Source of the DNA: Candidatus Peribacter sp.
GTDB taxonomy: Bacteria > Patescibacteriota > Gracilibacteria > Peribacterales > Peribacteraceae
DNA: 64,000 nucleotides
Assembly (NCBI GenBank): GCA_030647195.1
Contig: JAUSKD010000030.1
Location: 1,496 to 65,495 of the forward strand
Direction: 5' to 3'
A program made the position numbers and the translations under genes. Positions 21,093 to 31,381 of the stretch are shown one piece after another (within the stretch, counting starts at the first letter, position 1; each line of letters starts with the position of its first letter). Under the pieces are notes generated by a model. It saw only the letters and a program-made list of their open reading frames with translations. It was not told the origin of the DNA and searched no databases.

Positions 21093-22166
21093 TCATTCCC
21101 TGCCGTTCCTTTCCTCCCCTTCAATCATTTTCCACGAGAGAGGGGTTCCCCGCTCCATGGCACACTTGGCGTGTTTTCCGAGGACATTGGGGAGTTCTTT
21201 GGGGGGCAGTCCATCGGACGGACGAATGGAGCGGACATTCCTCTCCGTAAAATTTTCTCCCTTCGCGATATTTTCAACAACGAAGAGTGATCTGCGGAAT
21301 TTCTTGCTCTCCTGTTCTTTTTCGCTCGGTTTGTAGGACACGATGCCGAGTGCACGCTCCGTCAGACGCACGGCATCCACCATTTGGCGGAATTCTTTCG
21401 GCTCCAGCGAGAATGCTGTGTCGGGTCCCGGTTCACGGCGCGAGAGACAGAAGTGCTTCTCGATAACGCAGGCACCCAGTGCCACTGCTGCGATGGGCAC
21501 GGCAAGTTCCAGCGAGTGATCCGAGAGGCCGATGGGTACCCCGAAGCGCTCGCGCATGTCCGGGATCGTACGCAGGTTCATCTCTTCCGGTTCCGCCGGA
21601 TAGGCGCTCGTGCATTTGAGCAGGATGATCCGGTCGTTTCCGGCATTCCGCGCACATTCCACGGCTTCCTGAATTTCCTCTGCGCTCGCCATACCCGTCG
21701 AGAGAATGAGGGGCTTGCCTCTGCGAGCCGCACAGGCAATGAGCGGCAGATCCGTGATCTCAAACGAAGCGATCTTGTAGGCGGGGACGCTCATTTTTTC
21801 CAAAAAATCCACGGCCGTCGCATCGAACGGAGTGGAGAAACAGTCGAGTCCGATTTTTTCCGCTTCTTTCTTGAGCTTGGGCTGCCATTCCCATGGTGTG
21901 AATGCTTCGCCATAGAGTTCATGAAGCGTTTTTCCCTCCCAGATTGTTCCCTTGATGCGGAATTCCTCGCGGTCACTCTTCAATGTCAGCGTATCCGCCG
22001 TGTAGGTCTGCAGTTTCACGGCATCCGCTCCCGATTCCTTCATGGCGCGGATCGTCTCGACTGCGCGGTCAAAGCTTCCGCCATGGTTCGCCGAAAGTTC
22101 CGCGATGATGTAGGCGGGGTGGCCTAAGCCGATGCTTCTGCCGTTGATGGCGAGAGGCAGTGTCAT
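21093..22166 (-). CDS. pseI: Pseudaminic acid synthase
   Basis: IAELSANHGG, KLQTYTADT, AFTPWEW, KIASFEITD, GLSDHS, C-terminal SAF domain. Confidence 0.9.
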   Translation of the reverse strand: MTLPLAINGRSIGLGHPAYIIAELSANHGGSFDRAVETIRAMKESGADAVKLQTYTADTLTLKSDREEFRIKGTIWEGKTLHELYGEAFTPWEWQPKLKKEAEKIGLDCFSTPFDATAVDFLEKMSVPAYKIASFEITDLPLIACAARRGKPLILSTGMASAEEIQEAVECARNAGNDRIILLKCTSAYPAEPEEMNLRTIPDMRERFGVPIGLSDHSLELAVPIAAVALGACVIEKHFCLSRREPGPDTAFSLEPKEFRQMVDAVRLTERALGIVSYKPSEKEQESKKFRRSLFVVENIAKGENFTERNVRSIRPSDGLPPKELPNVLGKHAKCAMERGTPLSWKMIEGEERNGRE

Positions 22167-22939
22167 CGGGAGCGCCAAATCCATATTTTGGTCTGTCCGA
22201 GGCCATCCATCATCGCCGGCAGCTTCAGAGCGAGAGCATTGATGGGATCATCATACTTCGGTTCTTCCCCTTTGAGCGAAGCGAGGTGCGCGTTCACGAT
22301 CCTGCTCAGGAAGTAGTAGGTGCTGCTGAAATCCAACACACGTTCCAATGTGAGACCGGGTGAGGAGAGCTGCTGCATGGATTCGTCATCGATGTAGCAG
22401 TTATGCCATGGTGTCTCGATTATTTTGAGTCCGAGTTGCGCGCGAAACTCGTTGATGCGCCGGAGCCCTTCCGCACTGTTCTCACACATCAGATAGCGCC
22501 CTCCCGGGATGAGCAGCTTCGCTATGTTGCGGATTGCCTTCGCTTGCGCAGCGGTATCGGGCAGGTTGATCAGCGTGCGTTCGGTGTACACGATGTCGTA
22601 CTGCTTCAGATCCGTCGGTAATTGCGTGATATCCCCCACGCGGAATTCCGTCTGCCCCTTCAGTGTTGCTTTTTTTGAGAGCTCCTGTGCGGCCTCCACC
22701 ATTTTCTCCGCATTATCCATGCCAGTCACATGCACGGAGTGCCGGCGCGCCAGTTCGATCGCCGTGATGCCGTTGCCACAGCCGATATCGAGCACGTTCA
22801 TCCCGTTGCTCACCTGCCCTGCGATCGCTTCGACCTCCAATTGCTTCGCGATCACATCCTGCGTTCCCGCCTGCAGGCCCAGGTGTGCTCTGCTGTTCCA
22901 GAATTCTTTTCTGGCCTGGGGATCAGTGGCGGGATTCAT
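22163..22939 (-). CDS. Class I SAM-dependent methyltransferase
   Basis: VLDIGCGNG, YDIVYTERTLINL; ATGA overlaps at both ends. Confidence 0.85.
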   Translation of the reverse strand: MNPATDPQARKEFWNSRAHLGLQAGTQDVIAKQLEVEAIAGQVSNGMNVLDIGCGNGITAIELARRHSVHVTGMDNAEKMVEAAQELSKKATLKGQTEFRVGDITQLPTDLKQYDIVYTERTLINLPDTAAQAKAIRNIAKLLIPGGRYLMCENSAEGLRRINEFRAQLGLKIIETPWHNCYIDDESMQQLSSPGLTLERVLDFSSTYYFLSRIVNAHLASLKGEEPKYDDPINALALKLPAMMDGLGQTKIWIWRSR

Positions 22940-23973
22940 GCGTGGGGGCGTTGCATGGCCGAGAGTACACGAGAGCATCCCCGGCCATCCACTATTCCCA
23001 TGCCTTTTGCGCTGAGGCGTGACCTGAGCGTCTGGTCCCCGATGACGGAATCCAGCAGGGCAATGAGGGACCGGTCATCCGTTTTCGTGTTCCATCCTGC
23101 GTTCACGACCGCATCTGTCCGCCCAAGGGCCAGCACGTTTCGCTCCTGATTGTCCGCCGTAATGAGAACAATGCCGGGCAGGCCCATGTATAGCAATTCG
23201 TAGCAGGTCGATCCGCCTGCCGTGATGCCCACGTCGGCTTCGGCCATCAGTGCAGCCATATTCGAGACATTGGCGAGCAGCGTCATTGCATGACGGGATT
23301 CCCTTGCCGCCTGCTCCAGGAGTTTCAGGTGAGGATTGGCCGCACCGCTGACGACGGTGATCTCCCATGTTCCCCGATCCATACTCTCGAGACATTTGAG
23401 AACGCGCCCCGTATCGTTTCTGGTATCGGCTCCTCCCATGCTCACCAGAATCCGGGTGGCGGTCTTCGCGATTGTGCGTTTGCGGACTTGCCATAGGACG
23501 AATTCCCGCCGGAGCAGGGCGTACATTGGTCCGAGTAACTGCTGTCCGTGTTCTGCGGCGTTGCGGTACTTCATCTCGTCGGCATAGAAATTCTGATTGA
23601 GGATGATATCGGCATCGTACTGGCCGGCATGTCCGTAATCATCAATGAACAGGAGAGGAATGTTCTCTTTCCTCACAGTCTGCTGGTAGCCAGTATCGAA
23701 CTGGTACCCATCCGCAATGATCCAGTTGGCAGCTTGCTCGCGGGCAAGCCGCGTCGTTTCAACGGCATCCTCTTTACTCCCCATCTTCGAGACCAGCGGA
23801 AGCACCATGCACTGTTCCGCGCGCAGACGTTCCGCAATCTTCTCCCCGCCCGGAGCCATGATAAAGACCGACGAATGCCCGGACTCTTGCGCCACCTGTG
23901 CAAGCGCCAGACAGCGCATCACGTGTCCGAGACCGATTGTCGCGCTGCCGTCGGTGCGGAAGACCAGCTTCAT
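22936..23973 (-). CDS. pseG: UDP-2,4-diacetamido-2,4,6-trideoxy-beta-L-altropyranose hydrolase
   Basis: FRTDGSATIGLGHVMRCLALA, MGGAD, AGGSTCYE, ADNQ. Confidence 0.88.
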   Translation of the reverse strand: MKLVFRTDGSATIGLGHVMRCLALAQVAQESGHSSVFIMAPGGEKIAERLRAEQCMVLPLVSKMGSKEDAVETTRLAREQAANWIIADGYQFDTGYQQTVRKENIPLLFIDDYGHAGQYDADIILNQNFYADEMKYRNAAEHGQQLLGPMYALLRREFVLWQVRKRTIAKTATRILVSMGGADTRNDTGRVLKCLESMDRGTWEITVVSGAANPHLKLLEQAARESRHAMTLLANVSNMAALMAEADVGITAGGSTCYELLYMGLPGIVLITADNQERNVLALGRTDAVVNAGWNTKTDDRSLIALLDSVIGDQTLRSRLSAKGMGIVDGRGCSRVLSAMQRPHA

Positions 23974-24749
23974 GCGTGGCGATTGGATTGTGTGGCATCC
24001 TGCTGCAGCGATCTTTTGTAGCCCTCGTCCGGATCGATACCTTCATTCAGCATCTGTATTTCCGGATGAGCTGCCAGCAGAGCCAGAACCTCCTCCTGTC
24101 CGAAGAGACCATTGCCGAGTTCCCCATATACCGCGCGGACGAATGCCAGATCCCGCGGCTCATCCACCGTCCAGCGCAGGGCAGAGTGGTTTGTCTTCTG
24201 CGTGACTTCCCGGATGCGGAAGAGAGAAGGATTTTTATAGATGAAGGGCGTGACGTGTTCCCGCTCGGAAGGAAGTTTCGCCTGTTCCCACACTTTCGCG
24301 AGAGTTTGCATAGAGAAGGCTTCGGCATCAAGGCCTTTCGGATATGTCCTATGAAGAACGTTGCTCACGTAGTCCGTTTTTGCATCGAGTGCCTCGACCA
24401 CCGTGCGGATAACGGCGGGGTCTAAGAGCGGGCAGTCACCGGTCAGACGCGCAATGCGATCCGCACCGTGGGATGTTGCGGTCTGATAGTAGCGATCCAG
24501 CACGTCATCCAGGTTTCCGCGGAAGCAGGGTATGTTTTGTATCTTGCAGAAGGCCTGGACGGGATCATCCGTCTTTTCGGTCGATGTCGCGGCGATCACC
24601 TCGTCAAACACGCCCGAGGCCTGAGCGCGGCGGATGACGTGGGCGAGCAGGGGAACACCCGCAACGTCTTCCAGAATTTTGCCCGGCAGCCGCCGGGAGC
24701 TCATGCGCGCCTGAATGATGGCTATGGTTTTCATGGTCGGAGGGTTCAC
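23970..24749 (-). CDS. pseF: SpsF-type acylneuraminate cytidylyltransferase (PseF role)
   Basis: IIQARMSSRRLPGKIL, DVLDRY, RLTGDCPLLDP, REHVTPFI, RWTVDEPRD. Confidence 0.8.
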   Translation of the reverse strand: MNPPTMKTIAIIQARMSSRRLPGKILEDVAGVPLLAHVIRRAQASGVFDEVIAATSTEKTDDPVQAFCKIQNIPCFRGNLDDVLDRYYQTATSHGADRIARLTGDCPLLDPAVIRTVVEALDAKTDYVSNVLHRTYPKGLDAEAFSMQTLAKVWEQAKLPSEREHVTPFIYKNPSLFRIREVTQKTNHSALRWTVDEPRDLAFVRAVYGELGNGLFGQEEVLALLAAHPEIQMLNEGIDPDEGYKRSLQQDATQSNRHA

Positions 24750-25942
24750 AGCTTCACTGCGTAGTGGGCGAGGATTTTTCGCAGCGCCTCGACGACATCC
24801 TGCACATCCCGGTCAGTCATCCCTGCGAACATCGGTAGCGAAATGATGCGCTCGTACGCGCGTTCCGCGACCGGGCAGAGGCCGGACTTGGTACCGAAGG
24901 TCTGCCGGTAGTACGGGTGCAGGTGCACCGGGACGTAGTGCACGTTCACACCGATGTTCTCCGCACGCAGCGCCCGGAATACTTCATTGCGGTCCGCGGA
25001 GAGGCGTTCCAGCTCCAGTTGAATGACGTAGAGGTGATAGGCGTGTTCCACGTTCTTCCGTACCTGAAGCGGTTTTGCGGCCGCCATCTCCTTCAGTGCG
25101 GCATCGTACTGCTTCGCGATTTCCTGTCTGCGTTTCGTCCACGCAGGAACGCGTTTGAGCTGGCTCAAACCCAGCGCGCACTGAATGTCGGTCAGGCGGT
25201 AGTTGTAGCCCAGTTCCGTGACCTCGTAGAACCACGAACCTTTCTCCTGCCGTTCGCGGTGGTCGGTGGTCATGCAGTGGTTGCGGAAACGGCGCATGCG
25301 CTCCGCGAAGCGAGCTTCGTTCGTGGTCACCATGCCGCCCTCGCCCGTGGCGAGCGGCTTGACCGGGTGGAAGCTGAAAGTGCTGATATCTGCGAGCGAG
25401 CCAACGGGCTGCCCTTCACCGGTGCCGCCGAGGGCGTGGCAGGCATCTGCCACGAGGATCAGGCTGTGTTTCTTCGCGATGGTGCGAAGAGCGGCGTAGT
25501 CGCACGGCTGCCCGGCGTAATCTACCGCGATGATGGCCTTCGTTTTCGGCGTGATGCGCGCTTCGACCGTGCGCGGATCCAGAAGCAGCGTTTCAGCATC
25601 GCAGTCCGCGAAGACGGGTTTGGCTCCGAGAAAAACAGCCGCGTTCGCCGTCGCGGCGAAGGTCATGGGTGGCACGATCACCTCATCACCGGTTGTAATT
25701 CCGGCTCCGTACAACGCCACGTGCAGCGCGGCGGTGCCGTTACTCACCGCGACAGCTTCTTTTGACTGTGTCACTGCGGCGAATGCCTGCTCAAATTCCG
25801 GCACCTTGGGTCCCGTGGTCCACCAGTCCGATCGCAACACCGCATTCACGGCCGCGATATCCTCTTCGCTCACGGATTGATGGGCGTAGGGGAGGAGCGA
25901 AGAGCGAACGGGTGGGCCGCCGTGGAGGGCGAGAGGTTGCAT
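24746..25942 (-). CDS. pseC: UDP-4-amino-4,6-dideoxy-N-acetyl-beta-L-altrosamine transaminase
   Basis: SNGTAALH, DACHALG, FSFHPVKPLATGEGG, LGYNYRLTDIQCALG. Confidence 0.88.
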   Translation of the reverse strand: MQPLALHGGPPVRSSLLPYAHQSVSEEDIAAVNAVLRSDWWTTGPKVPEFEQAFAAVTQSKEAVAVSNGTAALHVALYGAGITTGDEVIVPPMTFAATANAAVFLGAKPVFADCDAETLLLDPRTVEARITPKTKAIIAVDYAGQPCDYAALRTIAKKHSLILVADACHALGGTGEGQPVGSLADISTFSFHPVKPLATGEGGMVTTNEARFAERMRRFRNHCMTTDHRERQEKGSWFYEVTELGYNYRLTDIQCALGLSQLKRVPAWTKRRQEIAKQYDAALKEMAAAKPLQVRKNVEHAYHLYVIQLELERLSADRNEVFRALRAENIGVNVHYVPVHLHPYYRQTFGTKSGLCPVAERAYERIISLPMFAGMTDRDVQDVVEALRKILAHYAVKL

Positions 25943-25946
25943 GGGT

Positions 25947-26939
25947 TTAGCACGCAGCGGACGGTTCTGATGTCTGCAAAAGCTTCAACAATTGCTGCTG
26001 CGTGAGCCACTCGGTATTCGTATCGCTGTTGTAGCGCCAGTTCTCCTTCGGGCGCGAACCTTTCCAGTGGTCGAAACCCCACGAGTCCTCTTCGGGCTCA
26101 ATCACGAACATGTCCGGGAGCTCCACCGTGTGACGCGCCTCGTCTTCCGAGAGCAGGCACTCGTGCAGTTTTTCGCCGGCACGGATGCCCGTGACCGTTT
26201 TCTTGCAGCCCGGTGCCACCGCATCCGCCAGATCGGTGAGCTTGGCGCTGGGGATCCTGGGCACAAAGATCTCGCCGCCGTGCATGTCTTTGAGGCAGCG
26301 GAGGACGAAATTCACTCCTTGTTCGATGGTGAGCCAGAAACGCGTCATGCGTTCATCAGTAATCGTCACCGTTCCGGTCCGGCTTTGTTTGCGGAAAATC
26401 GGTACCACGCTGCCGCGGCTCCCCATGACGTTGCCGTATCGCACGCAGCTGAAGAGCGTGCCTCCTGATCCGGAGTAGGCGTTGCCCTGCACGAACAGTT
26501 TTTCCGCACAGAGCTTGCTGGCGCCGTACAGGTTCACCGGATTCACTGCTTTGTCGGTGGAGAGGGCGAGTACTTTCTTCACGCCGGCATCGATTGCCGC
26601 GTTGATGACGTTCTGGGCGCCGATGATATTCGTCTGGATCGCCTCGATGGGGTTATATTCGCAGGCGGACACGTGTTTGAGAGCGGCTGCATGAATGACG
26701 ATATCTACGCCGTTCATGGCGCGGCGCAGTCTTTCGCGATCACGCACATCCCCGATGAAGTAGCGCATGCATTTGTCGTTGAAACCCTCCGTGCGCATTT
26801 CGTGCTGCTTCAGTTCATCCCGGCTGAAAACGATCAATTTGCGGGGGCGTATTCCCTTCAACGCCATTTCGACGAATTTCTTGCCAAATGATCCCGTGCC
26901 ACCCGTCACCAAAATGGAGAGATTTTCATCAATACTCAT
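25947..26939 (-). CDS. pseB: UDP-GlcNAc 4,6-dehydratase (inverting)
   Basis: TGGTGSFG, SRDELKQ, HAAALKHV, STDKAVNPVNLYGASKL, MTRFW; start MSIDEN at 26939. Confidence 0.92.
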   Translation of the reverse strand: MSIDENLSILVTGGTGSFGKKFVEMALKGIRPRKLIVFSRDELKQHEMRTEGFNDKCMRYFIGDVRDRERLRRAMNGVDIVIHAAALKHVSACEYNPIEAIQTNIIGAQNVINAAIDAGVKKVLALSTDKAVNPVNLYGASKLCAEKLFVQGNAYSGSGGTLFSCVRYGNVMGSRGSVVPIFRKQSRTGTVTITDERMTRFWLTIEQGVNFVLRCLKDMHGGEIFVPRIPSAKLTDLADAVAPGCKKTVTGIRAGEKLHECLLSEDEARHTVELPDMFVIEPEEDSWGFDHWKGSRPKENWRYNSDTNTEWLTQQQLLKLLQTSEPSAAC

Positions 26940-27063
26940 AGCGGGGAGAATATCACAGTCCTGGCATTTTTTGCGTAAAATCCCGTGTTTTGCATGTGCG
27001 GAATGGCTGTTTTCTGCCCTATTTGTCTGTATCGTTGCACTGGATTTTTCCTCTCCCAACCAC

Positions 27064-27693
27064 GTGTCTCCGTCCGTTGCCATCATCGATTACGGCGTCG
27101 GAAACCTCACTTCGGTTGCCAATGCCGTCTCGCGTCTGCAGGTGGAGGTGCGGATTTCGGCCGATCCACTGGAGCTCAAAAATGCCACGCACATCATCCT
27201 GCCGGGCGTGGGGAGTTTCGGCGAGGGCATGAAGGGACTTGCGGAACGCGGATTTATTCCCGCACTGCAGGAGGAGGTGAGGACGAAGAAGAAGCCGTTG
27301 CTCGGCATTTGTCTCGGGATGCAGTTGCTGGCGACGGAGGGATTCGAGCACGGCCATCATCAGGGACTTGGATTCATTCCCGGGTCCGTGCGCATGATCG
27401 ATACGACTCAATCGGGTCTGCGGCTTCCGCACATCGGATGGAACGATGTTGCCGTCTCGGACCGCCATCCAATCGCCCGCGGGTTCACCCACATGCCGAT
27501 CTTCTACTTCGTACACAGTTTCCATCTCGTACCCGAACAGGCGGATGTCATCGCGGGTACATGCGAGTATGGGGAGCGGATTGTGGCGCTCGTGCAGTCT
27601 GCGAATGTGTGCGGGGCGCAGTTTCATCCTGAGAAGAGCCATGATGACGGACTCAGGATTTTCCAGAATTTCCTCGCACTTTCCTCATGCTGA
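27064..27693 (+). CDS. hisH: HisH-like glutamine amidotransferase (glycan amidation)
   Basis: IDYGVGN, PGVGSF, GICLGMQ, FVHSF, QFHPEKS; GTG start inferred. Confidence 0.88.
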   Translation: MSPSVAIIDYGVGNLTSVANAVSRLQVEVRISADPLELKNATHIILPGVGSFGEGMKGLAERGFIPALQEEVRTKKKPLLGICLGMQLLATEGFEHGHHQGLGFIPGSVRMIDTTQSGLRLPHIGWNDVAVSDRHPIARGFTHMPIFYFVHSFHLVPEQADVIAGTCEYGERIVALVQSANVCGAQFHPEKSHDDGLRIFQNFLALSSC

Positions 27694-28514
27694 AACCGCG
27701 TCTCATTCCCGTGCTCCTGCTCAAGAACGGCATACTGGTCCGGAGCAAGAACTTCACATTCCACCAGCACACGGGTGATCCGCTGGGCCAGGTGGAGCGC
27801 TACACCGCCTGGAAGGCCGACGAGCTCATTTATCTCGATATCAACCGCGACGACACGCATGACTTTCGCGAGACGATGAGCGTGATCGGCTCCACCAGCT
27901 CCAACAAGAACATCCCCGCCACAATGACCAACGACGTCGTGTCGGTGATACGCTCTGTTTCCGAGAAATGCATGATCCCGCTGACGGTCGGTGGAAAAAT
28001 CCGGTCGATCGACGACATCCGCGTGCGCCTTGCGAATGGGGCAGACAAAGTGAGTATCAATACGCAGGCACTCGATAATCCTTCGTTCATTGACCATGCC
28101 GCACGCACCTTTGGCAACCAGTGCATCGTTGTGTGCATTGATGTGAAGCGCGATCCCGGGACGGGAGTGTGCGAAGTGTACAAACATTTCGGCCGTGATC
28201 CTGCAGGGATGAAGCCGATAGCGTGGGCGAAAGAGGTGGAGCGGCGTGGGGCAGGGGAAATTTTGCTGCAGTCCATTGACCGCGATGGGACCGGGACGGG
28301 CTATGACCTTGCGCTCATCCGCTCAGTCGCCGAGAGCGTGTCCATTCCAGTCATTGCCCTCGGAGGAGTGGGCAAATTTTCCGATTTCGTCGCAGGGCTC
28401 AAGGAAGGCAGGGCTTCGGCCGTTGCGGCGGCGAATATCTTCCATTTTTCGGAACAGAGCATCATCCACGCCAAGCAGGAAATGCAGGCCAGCGGAATTG
28501 ACGTGCGACTGTAG
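27687..28514 (+). CDS. hisF: HisF-like protein (acetamidino-modification type)
   Basis: GADKVSIN, AGEILLQSIDRDGT; LIPVLLL lacks the canonical catalytic Asp. Confidence 0.85.
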   Translation: MLKPRLIPVLLLKNGILVRSKNFTFHQHTGDPLGQVERYTAWKADELIYLDINRDDTHDFRETMSVIGSTSSNKNIPATMTNDVVSVIRSVSEKCMIPLTVGGKIRSIDDIRVRLANGADKVSINTQALDNPSFIDHAARTFGNQCIVVCIDVKRDPGTGVCEVYKHFGRDPAGMKPIAWAKEVERRGAGEILLQSIDRDGTGTGYDLALIRSVAESVSIPVIALGGVGKFSDFVAGLKEGRASAVAAANIFHFSEQSIIHAKQEMQASGIDVRL

Positions 28515-28552
28515 GGCGATAGACTGGAAATCTCACTTTCTTCCTGTTATTC

Positions 28553-29734
28553 ATGCAGTACTGCAAGCGTTGCACGTACCCCATCATCGCGGTGAACCTG
28601 GCCATGCGTGAGGATGACGTGTGCAGCGGATGCGTTGTCGGGGATGAGAAGGTGAGTATCGACTGGAAGGCCCGGGAAGCGGAATTCCACGACCTGCTCT
28701 TAGCACATCGGAGCAAAGACGGCAGCAACTATGATTGCATCATTCCCGTGAGCGGCGGCAAGGACAGTCACTTTCAGGTGTGGTACGTCACAAAGAAGCT
28801 CGGCTTGAAGCCACTTCTTGTCACCTACTACACGCACAACTACACCGAGACGGCCGAACACAATCTCCGCAACATCAGCAGGGCGTTTGGAGTGGATCAC
28901 TACGTGTTCACGCCCAGTCTGGACATGGTGCGCAAGATGAACATCGCCGGATTCAAAAAAATGGGCGACATGAGCTGGCACTTTCACTGCGGCGTGTGGA
29001 CGCTCCCGTTCCAGGTGGCGGTGAAGTTCAATATTCCGCTCGTGATCTACGGCGAGCACGGTTTTCTGGACCTGGCGGGCCAGTACAGCCTGTCGGACCG
29101 GCCCGAGTTCACCGTCCGCGACCGCAAAGAGAGCTATCTGCGCGGGTACGACTGGCAGGATTTCGTGGGCGACGAAGGCCTCACCGAGCAGGATTTGCTC
29201 TGGGCCAGGTATCCGTCGGATGAAGACATTGCACGCGTGGGGGTGCGGGGCATCCATCTTGGCGTGTACACATACTGGGACGGGAATGCGAATGCCAAGA
29301 ACATGCAGCAGTACGGATTTAAACCAAGCAACGAAAAGAGCGAACGCACCTACCGCACGATCTCGAACGTCGACGACATCCATGAGAACGGTATCAAGGA
29401 CTGGCTCAAGTTCGTGAAGTTCGGCTACGGGCGCTGCACCGATCATACATCCAAAGACATCCGGCTGGGCATCATGACGCGCGACGAGGGGATCGCGCTC
29501 GTGCGCCAGTATGATCACGTCGTTCCGCGAAAATCTTTCGATTATTTCCTCTCCATGACTGGCATGAAAGAGGAGGAGTTCTTCCGCATTGCAGATACGT
29601 TCCGTGACAGAAGGGTGTGGTGGATTCAGAACGGCCAGTGGTGGAAAGATAATGTGTGGGGAGAGTCCTGTGCCTACGGTCCGGTGCACCTGCCCAAGGA
29701 AGCCTGGAAAAAGTTTGAAAAGAAACCATCCTGA
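28553..29734 (+). CDS. N-acetyl sugar amidotransferase (WbuX/PseA-like)
   Basis: CxxC..CxxC N-terminus, PP-loop SGGKDS, KFGYGRCT, IRLGIMTRDEG. Confidence 0.9.
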   Translation: MQYCKRCTYPIIAVNLAMREDDVCSGCVVGDEKVSIDWKAREAEFHDLLLAHRSKDGSNYDCIIPVSGGKDSHFQVWYVTKKLGLKPLLVTYYTHNYTETAEHNLRNISRAFGVDHYVFTPSLDMVRKMNIAGFKKMGDMSWHFHCGVWTLPFQVAVKFNIPLVIYGEHGFLDLAGQYSLSDRPEFTVRDRKESYLRGYDWQDFVGDEGLTEQDLLWARYPSDEDIARVGVRGIHLGVYTYWDGNANAKNMQQYGFKPSNEKSERTYRTISNVDDIHENGIKDWLKFVKFGYGRCTDHTSKDIRLGIMTRDEGIALVRQYDHVVPRKSFDYFLSMTGMKEEEFFRIADTFRDRRVWWIQNGQWWKDNVWGESCAYGPVHLPKEAWKKFEKKPS

Positions 29735-29753
29735 TTTCCCTTCTTTGATCTCC

Positions 29754-30473
29754 ATGTCTCTCCTCATCACCCTCTGTGCCCGTGGCGGTTCCAAAGGCAT
29801 TCCGGGCAAGAATATCCGTCCGATCAACGGCATGTCGCTCATTGCCTACACTATCCGCCATGCGCAGGCGTTCGCGGAGAAGACGAAGGCGGATATCACA
29901 CTCTCGACGGAGAGTGATGCCATCCGAGACGTTGCGGCGCAACATGGTCTTAAGAGCGACTACGTCCGTCCCGCGGAGCTTGCCTCGGACTCGGCGGGCA
30001 AACTCCCTGTGCTGCAGCATCTGCTGCTGCATGAGGAGCAGCGTCTGAAAAAGCGGTACGACTATCTGCTCGATCTCGACGTCACTTCGCCGCTGCGCAC
30101 CGTCGCGGATCTGGAGCAGGGGTTTGCACTCTTGGAACGGGACGAGGCGGCACTCAACCTCTTTTCCGTCAGTCCGGCACGGCGCAGCCCGTACTTCAAC
30201 ATGGTGGAGCGCGGCGAGGACGGATATGTGCATCTCTGCAAGCAGCCCGCGGCAACCCTGCTGGCCCGGCAGAGCGCGCCGAAGGTGTACGACATGAACG
30301 CATCATTCTATTTCTACCGTCGCGCGTTCTTTGACTCTGCTCCCCAGAGTGCTGTTTCGGAGCGCTCTCTCATCTACGAGATGCCGCACCTATGCTTCGA
30401 TCTGGATGCGCCGGAGGATTTCGCCTTCCTGGAATTCCTGTTGGCACAGAATCAGCTTGGATTTTCCTTATGA
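29754..30473 (+). CDS. neuA: CMP-nonulosonate synthetase (NeuA/LegF/PtmB-like)
   Basis: CARGGSKGIPGKN, LDVTSPLR, SPYFNMVE, YDMNASFY. Confidence 0.88.
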   Translation: MSLLITLCARGGSKGIPGKNIRPINGMSLIAYTIRHAQAFAEKTKADITLSTESDAIRDVAAQHGLKSDYVRPAELASDSAGKLPVLQHLLLHEEQRLKKRYDYLLDLDVTSPLRTVADLEQGFALLERDEAALNLFSVSPARRSPYFNMVERGEDGYVHLCKQPAATLLARQSAPKVYDMNASFYFYRRAFFDSAPQSAVSERSLIYEMPHLCFDLDAPEDFAFLEFLLAQNQLGFSL

Positions 30474-31381
30474 ACATTCTTATCCTCGGCCTCGGCTCTA
30501 TTGCGAAGAAGCACATCGCGGCGCTGAGGACGCTCGGGGTTGATGCCACGATCGTTGCACTCCGTTCCTCACCAGATGCCGAACCCGTCGAAGGGGTAGA
30601 GGACATTCATTCGCTTGGTGAGCTCGCCACTCGTCCGGATTTCGTTATCATCTCGAACCCGACTAATTTACATTTCGCCTCCATCCAGAGCGTTCTGCCT
30701 CTTAAGTGCCCGCTCTTCATCGAAAAGCCGGTGGTGCTGACCGAAGAGGAGGCGAAGAAATTCACGACGCTCCTTCCCAAAGATGCGGTGACGTACGTGG
30801 CATGCGTGCTCAGGCACCATCCCTGCCTGCAGTTCGTCCGCGATCACCTGAAGGGTGCCCACAAGCAGATCAACGAGGCGCATGCGTACTGCGGGTCCTA
30901 CATGCCTGACTGGGTAAAGGGGAAGGATTGGAAGCAGAGCTTCCGCTTCGATCCTGCCCAGAGCGGGGGCGTGCACCTGGAGCTGATCCACGAGATGGAT
31001 TATGTCTCCTGGCTCTTCGGCAAGCCCTCTTCTGTTTCTCACACGCTTCGGAATGTCTCTTCTCTCAAGATGCCGGCGCCGGATTATGCACACTACGTGC
31101 TTGGCTTCGATTCCTTCACTGCCACCATCACCCTCAATTACTTCCGCAAAGATGCCAAACGGACACTCGAAATCGTCTTCGAGGACGAAACATGGTCGGT
31201 GGATCTGCTCAAGTACACCGTCGAGGCGGGCGGAAAGCGGATATTTTCCTCTCCCCTGACCATGCCGGATCTATACTGCGCGCAGATGCGCTACTTCCTC
31301 GACTGTCTAAAGACCGGCAAGAAGCCGATGAATGCGGCAGAGGAAGCCTGCGATGTCTTACACCTTGCACTCCATGAGTAA
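30470..31381 (+). CDS. Gfo/Idh/MocA oxidoreductase (PtmF-like)
   Basis: GLGSIAKKH, IEKP, GGVHLELIHEMD. Confidence 0.85.
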   Translation: MNILILGLGSIAKKHIAALRTLGVDATIVALRSSPDAEPVEGVEDIHSLGELATRPDFVIISNPTNLHFASIQSVLPLKCPLFIEKPVVLTEEEAKKFTTLLPKDAVTYVACVLRHHPCLQFVRDHLKGAHKQINEAHAYCGSYMPDWVKGKDWKQSFRFDPAQSGGVHLELIHEMDYVSWLFGKPSSVSHTLRNVSSLKMPAPDYAHYVLGFDSFTATITLNYFRKDAKRTLEIVFEDETWSVDLLKYTVEAGGKRIFSSPLTMPDLYCAQMRYFLDCLKTGKKPMNAAEEACDVLHLALHE

